Origin: Octopus sinensis
Lineage: Eukaryota
DNA length: 64,000 bases
Reading direction: 5' to 3'
Assembly: GCF_006345805.1 (NCBI RefSeq)
Contig: NC_043000.1
Location: 64,790,001 to 64,854,000 of the forward strand
In this document: positions 1 through 12,465 of the stretch, one piece after another
Position numbering within the stretch: position 1 is the first letter of the stretch
Layout of the letters: each line of letters opens with the position of its first letter
Notes under the pieces: generated by a model
Seen by the model: the letters and a program-made list of their open reading frames with translations, nothing else
Told to the model about the DNA's origin: nothing
Databases searched by the model: none
Translations under genes and position numbers: made by a program

Positions 1-300
1 CTGAATGAGACCCTTAAGCTATGTCAATTGAAAATTTTCCTATATCTATGGTCATGCATAAAATGCTCATCTTGCTAAGCTACTAATGCCCTACATATGC
101 AGGTTTTCAAGGTAAGTGAGAAAAGGTAGGGAAAAACTAGATGACTTTGCAGAGGTGTCTTTTCTTGTAGATACTAGGGCTGGGCATGTAAGTGATATGG
201 TCCTAAAAGTTGCTGGCAGCCAAAGCTTCATTGTAGTAGAGACCCACTACATCAAAGACATCCTTATTGGAGAATAGGTTTGAGATATTCCTGCTAATGC
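1..300 (-). mobile_element. Penelope-like element coding remnant (RT C-terminus / linker before GIY-YIG), with stops and frameshifts
   Basis: Manual minus-strand translation gives LFSNKDVFDVVGLYYNEALAASNF*DHITYMPS..KKRHLCKVI*FFPTF then DEHFMHDHRYRKIFN*HSLRVSF. This resembles the PLE segment YNxALxxSG...RKIIWFNPPFS...HFxxxHxLxKIFNxxxxKVSY as I recall it. Confidence 0.6.
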
Positions 301-427
301 CTTTTACAAGATAAAATATCTAATACTTAATATTTGCATTTATACCATAAAAGAAAGATGAAGGAAAAGAATAAGGAATAAGTTAACCAAAGAAATTCAA
401 AGAAATGAAAACTGGATCACACAAGTT

Positions 428-590
428 GAAGAAAGAAGAAGAAGAAGAAGAAGAAGAAGAAGAAGAAGAAGAAGAAGAAGAAGAGAAGAAGAAGAAAAGA
501 AGAAGAAGAAGAAGAAGAAGAAGAAGAAGAAGAAGAGAAGAAGAAGAAGAAGAAGGAAGAGAAGGAGCAGGAAGACGATAAGAAGAAATA
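428..590 (+). repeat. (GAA)n microsatellite
   Basis: Directly visible; source of the poly-F/L/S ORFs at 397-626. Confidence 0.98.
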
Positions 591-1125
591 AGAACATAAA
601 GTTGACAGAACAGATTTATCCATCATATAATGAATGGATTTTTCTTGGCATGAAACAAGAATTGCTGAAATGAGAAAGTAATAAAGTGGATGTTGTATTT
701 GTAGTCTCTGAGTCAGTCTATTTCATGCAGATGTATGATCAAAAGTGTTTCAACCATGCCAACCATGTTGTTTATCTGGTACTGCATTGTCCAAATTGAT
801 CTCATCTTTTTTTAATGATGTTAGGGGTGAAAATTGAAGAAGATTTTAAAGAAATTGTCGAATTAAAACAGTTTGATCAATGAAGGAGAATAGAATGAGA
901 TGTTCAGGAATAAGGGACAATTCAGCCAATTGGACAGGCTGTCAATCATCCTAATTGAAAGAACAGGAAAGGAAGAGAAGTGAAGATTTATATAGAGTGA
1001 TTATGAAAAGAAGTAGAGAGGAATAGAAAGATGGGGAAGGGAGGACGGAAGTTGGTTGATATCCAGTCAACATCAGATGTCTTATCCCTGTATATATGCA
1101 TATATGCATATATCCAGGGATAAGA

Positions 1126-1411
1126 CAATGGCCCAGTGGTTAGGGCAGCCGACTTGCGGTCGTAGGATTGCGGTTTCGATTCTCAGACAGGGCATTGTGA
1201 GTGTTTATTGAACGAAAACACCTAAATCTCCACAAGGCTCTGGCAGGGGGTGGTGGCGATCCCTGCTGTACACTTTCGCCACAACTTTCTCTCACTCTTT
1301 CTTGTGTAGGCCTGCTTGCTTAGCCAGTGGGGTGGCACCATTTAAAGGCTAAAACAATGTGAAGCACATTGTGACCAACGATGTGTAGCAACATCTGATA
1401 GCCTGGTCATT
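1126..1411 (+). mobile_element. tRNA-derived SINE (family D)
   Basis: A box TGGCCCAGTGG, B box GGTTTCGATTC. Tail (ccagtggggtggcaccatttaaaggctaaaacaatg) recurs inverted at 3790-3870. Confidence 0.8.
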
Positions 1412-1449
1412 AAAAAAAAAAACATGCATAGTAATAGACTTGATTCCTA

Positions 1450-1665
1450 AAGCAGGGGAACTGGCAGAATTGTTTGCATGCCAGACAAAATACTTAACAG
1501 TGTTTCTTCTGGCTTTACATTCTGAGTTCAAATATCACTGAGGTTGACTCTGTCTTTCATTCTTTCAGGGTTGATGAAATAAGTACCAGTCGAGGACTTG
1601 GGTTGATGCAAATGACTACTTGCTCTCCCAAAATTTCAGACCTTGTGCTTATATTATAAAGGATT
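1450..1665 (+). mobile_element. SINE family B (central motif gcctttcatcctttcggggtcgataaaataagtaccag)
   Basis: Degenerate match to the more than 10 other copies in the window. Confidence 0.8.
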
Positions 1666-1799
1666 AGTTTAAAAATAAAGGCTCTTTGTTCAAATCAGGT
1701 TTAGTATGATGAGTATATCCAGGAATAAAATACCTGATGAGAGAGATCAACCATTCAAACTGTGTGTAGATGTAATTATTGAGTCTCTAAGGATTGCTA

Positions 1800-2195
1800 A
1801 GTGCAGGTATGGCATGTGGTAAGAAGTTTGCTTCCCAACTACATGGTTCTAGGTTCAGTTCTACTGCATCGCACCATGGGCAAGTGTTTTCTTCTATAGC
1901 CTCAGGCCAATCAAAGCTTTGTAGACAGGAACTAAAAGAAGCCTGTTCTTTATAAGTGTGTGGGTGTGTGTGTGCATGTATTTGTGTGTTTTTGTCCCCA
2001 TCCACCACTTGACAACCACTGTTGGTGTGTTTATGTCCCCATAACTTAGCAGTTTGTTAAAAGAGACTGATATGATAAGTACCAGGCTTTACAAAAAAAT
2101 AGTAAGTACTGGGGTCAATAAGTTCGACTCAAATTCTTCAAGGCAGTGCCCCAGCATGACCGCAGCCTAATGACTGAAGCAAGTAAAAGACAAAA
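1800..2195 (+). mobile_element. SINE family A (tRNA head, CORE-like segment, internal (TG)n, gactgaaacaagtaaaaga tail)
   Basis: Head gtggctgtgtggtaagaag...ggttcagtccca; CORE-like gcaccttgggcaagtgtcttc; more than 15 copies in the window. Confidence 0.9.
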
Positions 2196-2247
2196 AAATC
2201 TGAAATTATGAATGATGTTAATAATTAGAAAAAGTGTTAATGATGTT

Positions 2248-2712
2248 AGGTGCAGGTAGGGCTGTGTGTTTAGGAAGTTTCCTTCCTGACCACAGGGTTT
2301 TGGATTCTATCCCACTCTATGTCTCTTTTGACAAGTGTCTTCTTTTACAACTTTCGGATGACCAAAGCCTTGTGAGAGGATTTGGTGAATGGAAAATGAA
2401 GGAATCCCACTGACTATATACATATATATGCATACATATGCATGTGTAAGTGTGTGTGTGTATTTGTGTCTCCTTGTCCTGACATCATGTGATTGATGTG
2501 AACAAGTGTCACTGTCATATAAGTGGTATCCTTCATTTCCAGCCCTCTGTGAAAACACATCCAGCCATGGGCAAATAATACCTTACTTTGAAACAGGTAA
2601 TGGTCATTGATGGAAAGGGCTTCTGGCTGTAGAAAAGCTGCCTCATCAAATTCCATCTAACCCATGTTACCATGAAAAAAAAAGACACTAAGGTAACAAT
2701 GATGAAGAGGAA
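2248..2712 (+). mobile_element. SINE family A head joined to an RTE-type 3' tail
   Basis: Family A head at 2248-2410, then ...ggaaagggcttctggctgtagaa...acccatg..catgaaaa...gatgaag, similar to the RTE end at 26960-27093. Confidence 0.75.
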
Positions 2713-2717
2713 GATGA

Positions 2718-3088
2718 TCTTTTCTTTTATCTTTTACTTGTTTTAATCTGGGGTACCACTTGAATAATTTTTAGTTGAATGAATCGACTCCAATACTTAT
2801 TTTTTAAAAGCTTGGTACTTTTCTATTGGTTTCTCTCACTGAACTGCTAAGTTACAATGATATAAACACACCAACACTAGTTTTCAAGTGGTGGTGAGAG
2901 GATAAACACACGCACACACACACACACACACTCACATACGATGAGCTTTTTTCAGTTTCCATCTGTCAAATCCACTCATAAAGCTTTGGTTGGCCTAAGG
3001 GTTATAGCAGAAGACACTTACCCCAAGTGCCACAGAGTGGGACTGAACTATGTGGTTGGGAAGTAAGCTTCTCACTACACAGCCAAAC
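2718..3088 (-). mobile_element. SINE family A
   Basis: Reverse-complement match, head to tail. Confidence 0.9.
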
Positions 3089-3286
3089 CTAGACAACGAT
3101 GATAATGATGATGATGATAATGATGATGATATTAAGTTATTAATGATGTTAATAGTCTGAAAAATTATAATTGTATTAACCACGTATGTTATTAAAAAAA
3201 ATTACAATATCGATAATAATATTGATTTATCACAGTCAGTGACTGTAAAATTAGATTAATATTTTTTTTCTGTGTATTTTACTTGA

Positions 3287-3490
3287 TGTGGCTCAGTGGT
3301 TAAGAAGCTTGCTTCTGAACCCCATGGTCTTGGGTTCAGTCCCACTGTGCAACACCTAGGGAATGTGTTTTGTATTAAATCCCTGATCTGGCCAAAGCCT
3401 TATGAGTGGATTTGGTAGACATAAACTAAAAGTCTGTCATACATTTGCATGTACTTGTGTGTATGTGAGTGTGTGTGTGTATGTGTGCGT

Positions 3491-3521
<31 letters not shown>

Positions 3522-3765
3522 CATGTGTGTGTGTGTGTGTGTATGCATGTATGTAAGTGTGTGTGTGTGTGTACCAGTGTATTGACATTGCATGATAGTT
3601 GCAAATGAGCTTGTTCGTTTCCAGTCTTCAGGAAAAAAAGTCAGCCTATGAGAAATAGTACCTTGGAAACAGGGTGGGCAATAGGAAGGGTGTCTGGCTG
3701 TAGGAAATATACCTCAACAAAGGTGATGTTAAATGAGGATGAATGAATGATGAAGGATGATGAAA
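3287..3765 (+). mobile_element. SINE family A head joined to an RTE-type 3' tail
   Basis: Head 3287-3430, (TG)n, tail ggaagggtgtctggctgtagga...gatgaatgaatgatgaaggatgatg. Confidence 0.7.
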
Positions 3766-3789
3766 GCATGTTTTTTTCCTAATGATTAC

Positions 3790-4025
3790 TCACATGATTA
3801 CGTGATTGACCACAATGTGCATTTACACTGTTTTAGCCTTCAAATGATGTCACCCCATTGGCTAGGTGAGCAGGCCAACAATCTCCACTGATCAAAAGTG
3901 GGGACTGGAGCAACATGAAAAGAAGTGTTTTGCTCAAGAACACAATGTGGTCCCCAGTCAAGGGATTGAACCCATGGTCTAGCAATTTTGAGTGCAACAG
4001 CCTAATCACTCAGCCATGTGCCTTG
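3790..4025 (-). mobile_element. tRNA-derived SINE (family D tail, family C-like head)
   Basis: Head revcomp ggcacatggctgagtgattaggctgttgcactc...ggttcaatcc; tail shared with 1126-1411. Confidence 0.75.
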
Positions 4026-4239
4026 ACAATAGTTACCAGTTCTAGAAATAGGAGGTACACTAAAGGTTCAAGTTAGATTAAGTGCAAATTGTGGGTGATT
4101 AAAAAAGAAAAATAAAGTTGAAGAACTTATTTTAATATCTGGGAAGTCAAAGATTGAATTGCTAATTAAGAATAGCTTTTACATAAACTTTATCAAAGAC
4201 AAAAATAAAGAAACACAGATGTAAACTGATTGTTTTTTT

Positions 4240-4472
4240 TTTTATCTTTTATCTTTTATTTCTTTCAGTCATTTGACTGGGGCCATGCTGGGGCACCACC
4301 TTGAACAGTTTTAGTCAAACTAATCCAACCCCAGGAATTTCTTTTTTTAAAGCCTGGTACTTATTCTATCGGTCTCTTTTGCACAAACCACGAAGTTATG
4401 GAGATATAAACACACCAACACAGGTTATCAAGCCGCAGTGGGGGGGACAAACACAGACACACACAAAGACAC

Positions 4473-4511
<39 letters not shown>

Positions 4512-4657
4512 CAGGCTTCCGTCAACCAAATCCACTTGCAAGGCTTTGGTCAGCTTGAGGCTACAGCAGGAAACACTTGCCCAAGGTGCCATGCAGTGGA
4601 ACTTAGCCTGGAACTATATGTTTGGGAAACAAGCTTATTACCGCACAGCCATGCCTG
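4240..4657 (-). mobile_element. SINE family A
   Basis: Reverse-complement match with internal (TA)n. Confidence 0.9.
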
Positions 4658-5589
4658 ATTCTGAGAATTGAATTAGCTAATAAACTATGTTCAAAGTAGC
4701 ATTTAAAATATTATATAAACTATATATTCAACAAAAATTAATGAATTTAGTGTAGAATATATTTTCGTTTGCGAAAGAAAAAAGAATACTAATAATGAAT
4801 AAAAACTGAGTACAAAGCAATAGAATCTAGACTAACGATAAGTCTAATTTGTTCAGAATTTATGTGCCTGCTTTAGAGGATAGTTTACAGTAGGAAAGGA
4901 AAAAGATGGTTTCTGTATTTAGTTTAAGAATGCAAACAGGAAATATTTACAAGATACACTCAGAGAGTTAAGTAAAAAATTTGAGATATTTTCTTTTCAA
5001 GGAAATAAGATGGTGTAAATATTTACTATACAGTGGAATTAGAGTTCATTATGATAAAATAAACTTGTGTAATTTGAGTCAAATAAGACATTGTAATGAA
5101 TTTATTTCACAATTTTGACAACTATTGTTCTTCTAATTTTCTTGGAAAAATATAACCTAATTATAGCCATTCTATGTATACAATATTTACTGTTGTATTT
5201 TACAAATAAGATTGAAAAGAAGTCTTATAAATTAGATTGATCTGTTTAATGACAAGCTTAATGAAATATGATAATTGTAAATTTAAAACTGTCTGCTCTT
5301 TTAAACATATTAAAGAAGCATTATATCTATCAAGCTAATAAAAGGAAGCTGTTATTAAAAATAACATCATCTAAATCTTTCTCAAATGGCACTATAATCT
5401 TAAAAATAGAAGGACACATTGGATAGTGGAGTCCCAGACATACAAAAACAAAATTGGCAAGTCAAAATTGACTAGATCACCTTTGATCATAAGTATACTT
5501 GTCCAAAGCTGATTGGAAGGTAAATAACAGCAACAACATCACCACTGCTGCCACCATCATCACTCAAGACCGACAAAGATAAATATGTT

Positions 5590-5806
5590 TTCCTTTACAT
5601 ATTAGTTTCAAATTTTGGCATAAGGATAGCAAATTTGGGGGTGGGGGTTAAGATGATTACATCGACCCCCATGATGAAATAGTACTTATTTTACAGATGA
5701 AAAGCAAAGACAGCCTCAGCAGATTTTGAACCCAGAATGTACAGATGGATGAAATGCCACTAAGCATTCGCCCAGTGTGCTAATGATTCTGCTAGCTCAC
5801 TGCCTT
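5590..5806 (-). mobile_element. SINE family B
   Basis: Ends ...gtgctaatgattctgctagctcactgccttaa, the revcomp of the family B head. Confidence 0.8.
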
Positions 5807-6117
5807 AATGTCTTCTTTTACATATAAACAGAAAATTATCACAAAAATTTACATTTTTATTCCAAGTGTTTGTGCATAATGAAAGAAAAGTGAAGGAAAA
5901 TAAAAAAGACTGCATTTGCTGTGCATATTTGGCAGTTCTAGTTTCTTCATCAGTAAAAAGCAGTCTTAATTCAATTATTATTCTAATACTATTTACAACA
6001 TTCAACAGTATTTGTTGATAGGGAAGTCCTTTGATGGTAACAGAGAACTAAGAACTTTTAACTAAAAGTTTAACAGCACCCTGTACATAAAAGTTGGAGA
6101 CGAAAAAAAAATAATAA

Positions 6118-6502
6118 CAGGTGCAGATGTGGCTGTGTGGTAAGAAACTTGCTTCCCAACCACATAGTTCCAGGTTCAGTCCCATTGCATGGAACCTTGG
6201 ACAAGTGTCTTCTACTATAGTCTCAGGCTGAAAGAGGCCTGCCATATGTGTGTGTGTGTGTGTATTGTGTCTTTGTGTCTGTGTTTATCTCCACACACAT
6301 ACATACACACCTGCCTGACAAGTAGCGTTGGTATGTTTACATCCCTGTAACTTAGCAGTTCAGCATAAGAGACCGATAGAATAAGTACTAGGCTTTAAAA
6401 AAAACCCTGGGGTCGATTTGTTCAACCAAATCCTTTCAAGGCGGTGCCCCAGCATGGCTGCAGTCAAGTGACTGAAACAAGTAAAAGGTAAAAAGGTAAA
6501 AG
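6118..6502 (+). mobile_element. SINE family A
   Basis: Full head-to-tail match. Confidence 0.9.
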
Positions 6503-6696
6503 ATAATCCATGTTTGGGACAGCGGATCTCAAAGCAGATGATAAAACTGTAAATAATAGTATGTAAATATATAGGATTAAAAAAACACTTTGGACAAAAA
6601 AAGTTGAAGGCTGTCTGTGGGATTCGACCCTGCATCTCCAGTAAACATTTTGTATCCAAAGAGGTTTTTAACCCAATATCAACACACTATTATTTA

Positions 6697-7335
6697 TACA
6701 AGGGTGAGCTGAAAAGTTCTTAGGCTGACTTTGGAGGAATGATGTTAGAGCTGTGAAATCTTGCATGCATTAATTTCAACTATTCTGATTTATAACTACA
6801 TTGTTTTTTTTTTCCTCAGGTAAACTGACATCTGACTGTTTAAAGAAGACTTCAAAAGTAACTAGTAGCAACAGTAGATATGATGTCATCGTCACTGCAA
6901 TGCTGGTTGCCACCAAGTATTTGAGGAATAGATGTTAGCCAGATGGGCCCAAATCAGGAGAATAGGGAGGCTGATTAACCAGTTCAAAGCCAGTCATGCA
7001 CAGCAGCCAGTGAAACCAAGGACTTGTAAGCTGGAGCATTGCCCTGGAGAATCAAGACCCCTTTCGTCAGTTTTCTTGGGTGTTTGGTCTTGATAGCCTT
7101 TCATAACTGTCTCAGTTAGTTGGCATAACATAGCGGCTCTTTTCAAGATACTCAATGAACACAATACCTATCGTCTCCTGAAAAACTGAGGCCATCCCCT
7201 TCCTTGCAGATGAAATGACCTTGGCCTTCTTTGGGGGCAGGTGAGAAGGACTTTTTCCACTGCATGGACTATCTCTTTATCTCTGACTCATAGTGATGAA
7301 GCCAACATTCAACCTGGGTCAGAAAATATTCAAGC
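6697..7335 (-). mobile_element. Degenerate mariner transposon fragment
   Basis: TIR-like caagggtgagctgaaaagttc at 6698. Minus-strand translation ECWLHHYESEIKR*SMQWKK...PKKAKVISSARKGMASVF..IGIVFIEYLEK matches the mariner DETW-xHHY...SMQW...KVMASVFWD region. Confidence 0.8.
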
Positions 7336-8660
7336 AAAGTCTTTGAACAGTTGAAAAGATACAAGGCAGTTACTAATAAGAAGAGTTGAAGTTAATGCAT
7401 CTAAGTTTTCACAGCTCTAGCACAACTCCTTTATAGTCAGCCTATGAACCTTTCAGCCCATCCTTGTAACCTTATCATTTGCTTTGAGACAAAAAAAAAA
7501 TGAATAGAATAATTTTACATTCTTTCGAAGTTTATAAATTATTAAAAAAATCAATATTTTTACTTACTTTACTCACTGAATTGTATTGTTAATTATTTAA
7601 TATTGTCTCACAGAATTAAGAGCAAGCTATATATAACTCAATGTCAGGTTGTCTGCTCTTATGGCTGTTTTCCAAAGAACTTCCTGTCACTGTATAGTCC
7701 TATCAAGCAATCACTCTTAAGACTACAATCACTCTTGTGACTACAATGAAAACTCAATTTAAATGTGTTTACACACCCCAAATCTCAATTTAAAAGTGTT
7801 GGTGCACCCCAAAATCAATAGTCTTTTTCTGACAATGATTATTATATGAAATAAGATATTGATTGTCTGTAAACTCTCTATAAATTGTTTATTTACAATG
7901 ATATTAAAGAAATGACTTAGTTACATTTAACTTCATTCTTAGATAATAAAAACTATATACTGGGACTGCCATTTACAGTGCAGTAACTCTTGCAAAAGTG
8001 TGTCTGGTTACTGAACAAAATTCAATAAAATGAAATTAAATGAAAAGTAGATATTTTTCAGGACTTTTCTTTGTTAACTCTAACAAGTTGGTGAATTGGC
8101 AGATTTATTAGTGTGTTGGATAGAATGACATGCAGTATTTGTTCTGAGTTCAAATCCTACTGAAGACACTTTTGCTTTTCCTGCTTTTTGGGTCAATGAA
8201 AAGTACTAATTCAGGGCAGTGGATTAATGGTACCATTAGAGGGCTGAACAACATGCCTTCCAATATCTAATTCTTTTTTTTTTATTTTGCATGCTACCAG
8301 CAATATTTGCAATGAAACTAATGCCAAGTTGTATCAGTGCTTTTCCTCTCCTGGTATGGAGAGGGGAAAATGCATGGGCAAGCAGTTGTCAGTCTTCCTC
8401 CCAAAATAATTTGTGCAAGTCTGCACATACAAGTGCAGTTGCATGGTCAGCTTTGAACTATGGAGGCTTTATGGAGCTCAAATAAATAAATAAATAAATT
8501 ATCTGCAGGTTGACACTACAGGATCAGATGATGAGATAATTGGGTGAAGTCAGTAGCATTGATATTTGTTAATTGTTTGAATCATGAGAGATGATGAAAT
8601 GTAATTCTAAAAATAAAGGATTGATTAATATTTACTACAGTATCTAAAAAGGAAGAGGTA

Positions 8661-9564
8661 TACGAGGTGGTATGAAAAAGTTCCCAGACTAGTTTTGTAG
8701 CACACCAATAGATGGCAGTGCACAGTTGCATGTGCAGTGAGAGCTAGAGGTGACCTTCATGAGGTAGTGTGCCAAGTGACATTGCTGTATTTTCCTTTGC
8801 AAGTTGTGAAATTTGTGTTTTGTGATCATGTGTATGTTGTAGTCTGTGATTTTTGTCAGGGACAGGAACAAAAAGCCAGCATATAATTTCATGTTAAACT
8901 TGAGATCTCTACTACAGAGACATTAAGCATGCTTCGGCAAGCTAACAGCAATGTGGCAATGGGTCACACACAGTGTTTTGAGGGGCACAGGTGTTTCAAA
9001 AGCAAATGAACATCCCTGGAAGACAATGAGTGATCTGGAAGGCATGCCATGAATGTCACTCCCAGAAATGTGATATTGTGCATCGAGAATTCATTCCCCA
9101 ATGCCAGACTGTCAATTGAGAGTTCTACTGTGACGTTCTGATGCATTTGGGGGAGGACATCCAGCAAAAGTGACCGGATCTGTGGAGTATGAAGAATTGA
9201 ATTCTTCATGACGACAATGCACCCTGTCACTGAGCTTTCCCGACTTGTGAGTTTCTCACCAAAGATAACATGGTATCACTTCCACATCCACCCTATTCAC
9301 TAGATTTAGCACCTGCAAACTTCTGTCTCTTTCCCAAGATGAAAATGCAGCTCAAAGGACACTATTTTAAGACCATTGTCGAGATTCAGAGCAAATCGTT
9401 TATGGAAAATGACTTCCAGGTCAGATTCCCAAAGTGGCAGGAATGCTGAGACCAGTGTATTGCTGTGCAAGGTGACTATTTCAAAGGAGATGATGTTAAA
9501 ACTTGGGTAAATAAGTTATTTTTTATTAAACATAACTATTCCAGAACTTTTTGATACCCCCTTA
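8661..9564 (+). mobile_element. Internally deleted mariner element with both TIRs
   Basis: 5' TIR tacgaggtggtatgaaaaagttcccagactagtt; matching inverted aactattccagaactttttgatacccc at the 3' end. Motifs LHDDNAPCH and PHPPYSLDLAPANFCLFPKMK. The WVPHxL-TGDE region is deleted near 9065. Confidence 0.9.
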
Positions 9565-10961
9565 GATGGCTAAGTTGATAGTGAAATAACTATTGAAGGT
9601 TTTACAATTCATGTTCTGTTATTTACACTGTAATGTGTCTATAGCCAAGACATTGACTAGTCCACCTAATTTCTAGGTAGGGATAGTGAGTGGTACAGTT
9701 TGCCCCAGCAAGCAGTGGAAGCACTGTGAAGTTGATGAGTGTTTGCTAATATGTAGTGCAGAGTTTAAATAAGTCTCTTGCTTTGTTTTGGCAAATGACT
9801 CCAAAAAAGATCTCCTCAGTTGCCAACTAAAACTTACTGTGTGACCCAGATACACTTTTTACTCGAAACTGTTGGCCAGAATCTAGGACACTCAAGGACA
9901 TTTCTAATTTCTCATTTCATCATCTGATGTCACTTCCCCTCTCGCTTCCAGTGCATTACCCACTAACTTCCCCTTTCACTTGTGGCAGATCACCCACTAT
10001 GCCACAATTCTTCAACAGGAAAAATTAATTCCATTATTTGTTTCTGTAGAATTATGTTTTGATAAAATGCATGACCCAGTGAGTAGCTCTTGTATTGCAC
10101 ATACAAGTTTTTGATGCCCAGAACTGAAATTCAATGCCAGTCCTACGGATCCTGGTAATTTAATAGGGATTAACTAGTTAAGAAAGGAGATAGTAGTTGA
10201 AGATATCTTTAAATGGATTGGTACAGTACAAGAAATTTCAGAAGAGCAGATTTTGGTGTAATAAACCCAGTAGAAAACACATCTCAACAATGATTTCCTG
10301 ATTGATGGCAGTTTGTGATGGAAAGTTTGTTAGATAAATGATAGTTCTCTGAACATAGTAATATGTTCCTGAACATATTACTCAATGTGTAATTTTAGAT
10401 GAGTGTGAAGAAAGTAATCTCAGAGAAAGTAATTTTTGGCTAGAAAACAAAAACCTCTATCACTTTTGTATATTTTAAATTATATCGAAGATTTAATGAA
10501 ATAATATGCAAATATTCAACAATTTTTATTAATGTCTCATTGTGTCACTCTAGATATTTTCTTTCGCTGTTAGTTTTGTCAAACCTGTATCTTTTAAAAC
10601 TGATTGCTATGGTTGGTATTTGTATATATAAAAGGCAGGATGTGTGTGTGTGTGTACGTGAATGTAATTTATGCATGTCTACAAATTATCACACATGTCG
10701 CTCAATTTTAGGAGGACATTTGTCATGATCCAGCTGTATTTTTGTCAACTTATTTTTCCTAGAGGAAACAGCAATTAGCAGTAAAAATAAATTATCAACC
10801 AAAACTTTTAACAATTTTCAAGTCGGAGACATCACCATTGTTTGCAAACAGAAGTTAAGTCCCCTTCTAGCAACGAGTAAGTTTTTGTTAAGACTTTTGA
10901 TGTGTTTTTTTCCATCGAAGAAAAATGTGTTTTGTTGATATACGGGCAACACGCACACACG

Positions 10962-11003
<42 letters not shown>

Positions 11004-11061
11004 AACATGTATGTGTACAAAAAACATGTATGCAATAGGTGTACATACATATGTGTGTGTA

Positions 11062-11093
<32 letters not shown>

Positions 11094-11239
11094 TATTGCC
11101 CATCATCAATGGATTTCGCCCAAATTTGATGTTGATGTTACTTAGTTTGGTTTGAAATAAAGAACTTGATTAGCTTAATAATCCTAACTTAATCCCAGGC
11201 AAAGCTGGGTTATACTGCTAGTGAGAAATAAATGTGGAA

Positions 11240-11490
11240 ACATATGGCTTAGTGGTTAGGGTGTTGAGCTCATGATCATAAGATTGTGGTTTCGATTCCT
11301 GGACCGAGCAACACATTGTGTTCTTGAGCAAAACACTTCATTTCACATTGCTCCAGTTCACTCAGCTGGCAAAAATGAGTAATCTTGTGATGGACAAGCA
11401 TCCTGTCCAGGTGGGAATTTATATGCCATGAAACTAGGAAACCAGACCTTGTGAGTTGGCATGACTTGTGAGGGTAACTTTACCTTTATC
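11240..11490 (+). mobile_element. tRNA-derived CORE-like SINE (family C)
   Basis: A box TGGCTTAGTGG, B box GGTTTCGATTCC, then ttcttgagcaaaacacttcatttcacattgctccag. Confidence 0.85.
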
Positions 11491-11824
11491 TATGAGAAAT
11501 AAATGAAATGTGTTTTGACTAGAAATTGAACTGGAGTAGCCATACACAATTTCCTTGTTAGGAACTCACTAGCATTTCGCCACACTTGTATAACAGATCT
11601 CATTCAACTGAAGCCAAACTGGTCACCTCTATACAGTTGCAAGAACTACTGTGTATTGCAGTCATGGATATATATTATACTTTCAACCAGTGGTTATCAA
11701 CCAGAGTCTATATAAGATGTTGCTATTCAATTAATTGGTTATACTTCTATAATACACAAATTATTTTAGAAAATTACTATTTTTAAATCTCACAATGAGA
11801 GATATTCAGCAACAGTACTTTGGA

Positions 11825-12028
11825 GTAAAGATTGTTTGCCAACATAACATGGCAGTCCTAGTTTAGGATGAATGTTGCTGTAATTCAGCCCCAGGAGACA
11901 TCCAGCTGGCTAATGACACATTGTCTGTGCCTGATCAGCTGGAGGAGATGTCTTCCTGGGGCTATAAACTGCAGTAGCATCGTCCCATATGGGGCAGCCC
12001 TATTTAGGTGGCAAATATACTTCACGAT
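11825..12028. repeat. Divergent inverted pair of a ~90-120 bp repeat (third copy at 16987-17109)
   Basis: Left arm 11825-11908 is the reverse complement (roughly 70-75% by eye) of right arm 11936-12028. The 26 bp loop is the revcomp of 16989-17015. Confidence 0.85.
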
Positions 12029-12465
12029 GTCATGCTGCTACTGTTTACATCTCACTCAGAGATTTATTATTGCTTGTTTCTTCTTTTTTGAGATCAGTGA
12101 CATTTTGTCCCTGGAAAAAGCATATGTATTTTCGTTCAAAATTACTTTTCCTCCCTAGCTGGTGATTGGCAATATGAATGTTGTTCATGTCGATGAGGGC
12201 AATTTTCACCCTGCGGGGGAAAAAATACTGTTATTTTTGAATTACATACTGTTTAATATCTATGTGAAAGACATTTTTGTTAATAAGTAAAAATTTTTTG
12301 AAAATTTGGGTGTCCTATAAAAGGAACTTTTGTATTCATTATGGATTTTGACTTGGAGTCAATTTTCAATGTCCAGAGATGGAATAGGCGACAGAGAATA
12401 TAAACCAAGGTATAAAAAAGGTTGAAAAGAAAAAAACTAATATTTCGGCTGCCATTGGCGGCAAC

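Noticed and set aside
397-626. Poly-F/L/S ORFs, and the many CV/HT/YI-repeat ORFs across the window
   Set aside because: They are translations of (GAA)n, (TG)n, (TA)n and (ATT)n microsatellites.
1126-1200. tRNA-like sequences here and at other SINE heads
   Set aside because: They have A/B boxes but no complete cloverleaf and run on into repeat bodies, so they are SINE heads rather than tRNA genes.
12080-12105. Faint resemblance to the U2 snRNA 5' region as a Tx1 target
   Set aside because: Only a few matching bases in T-rich sequence; no extended U2 alignment.
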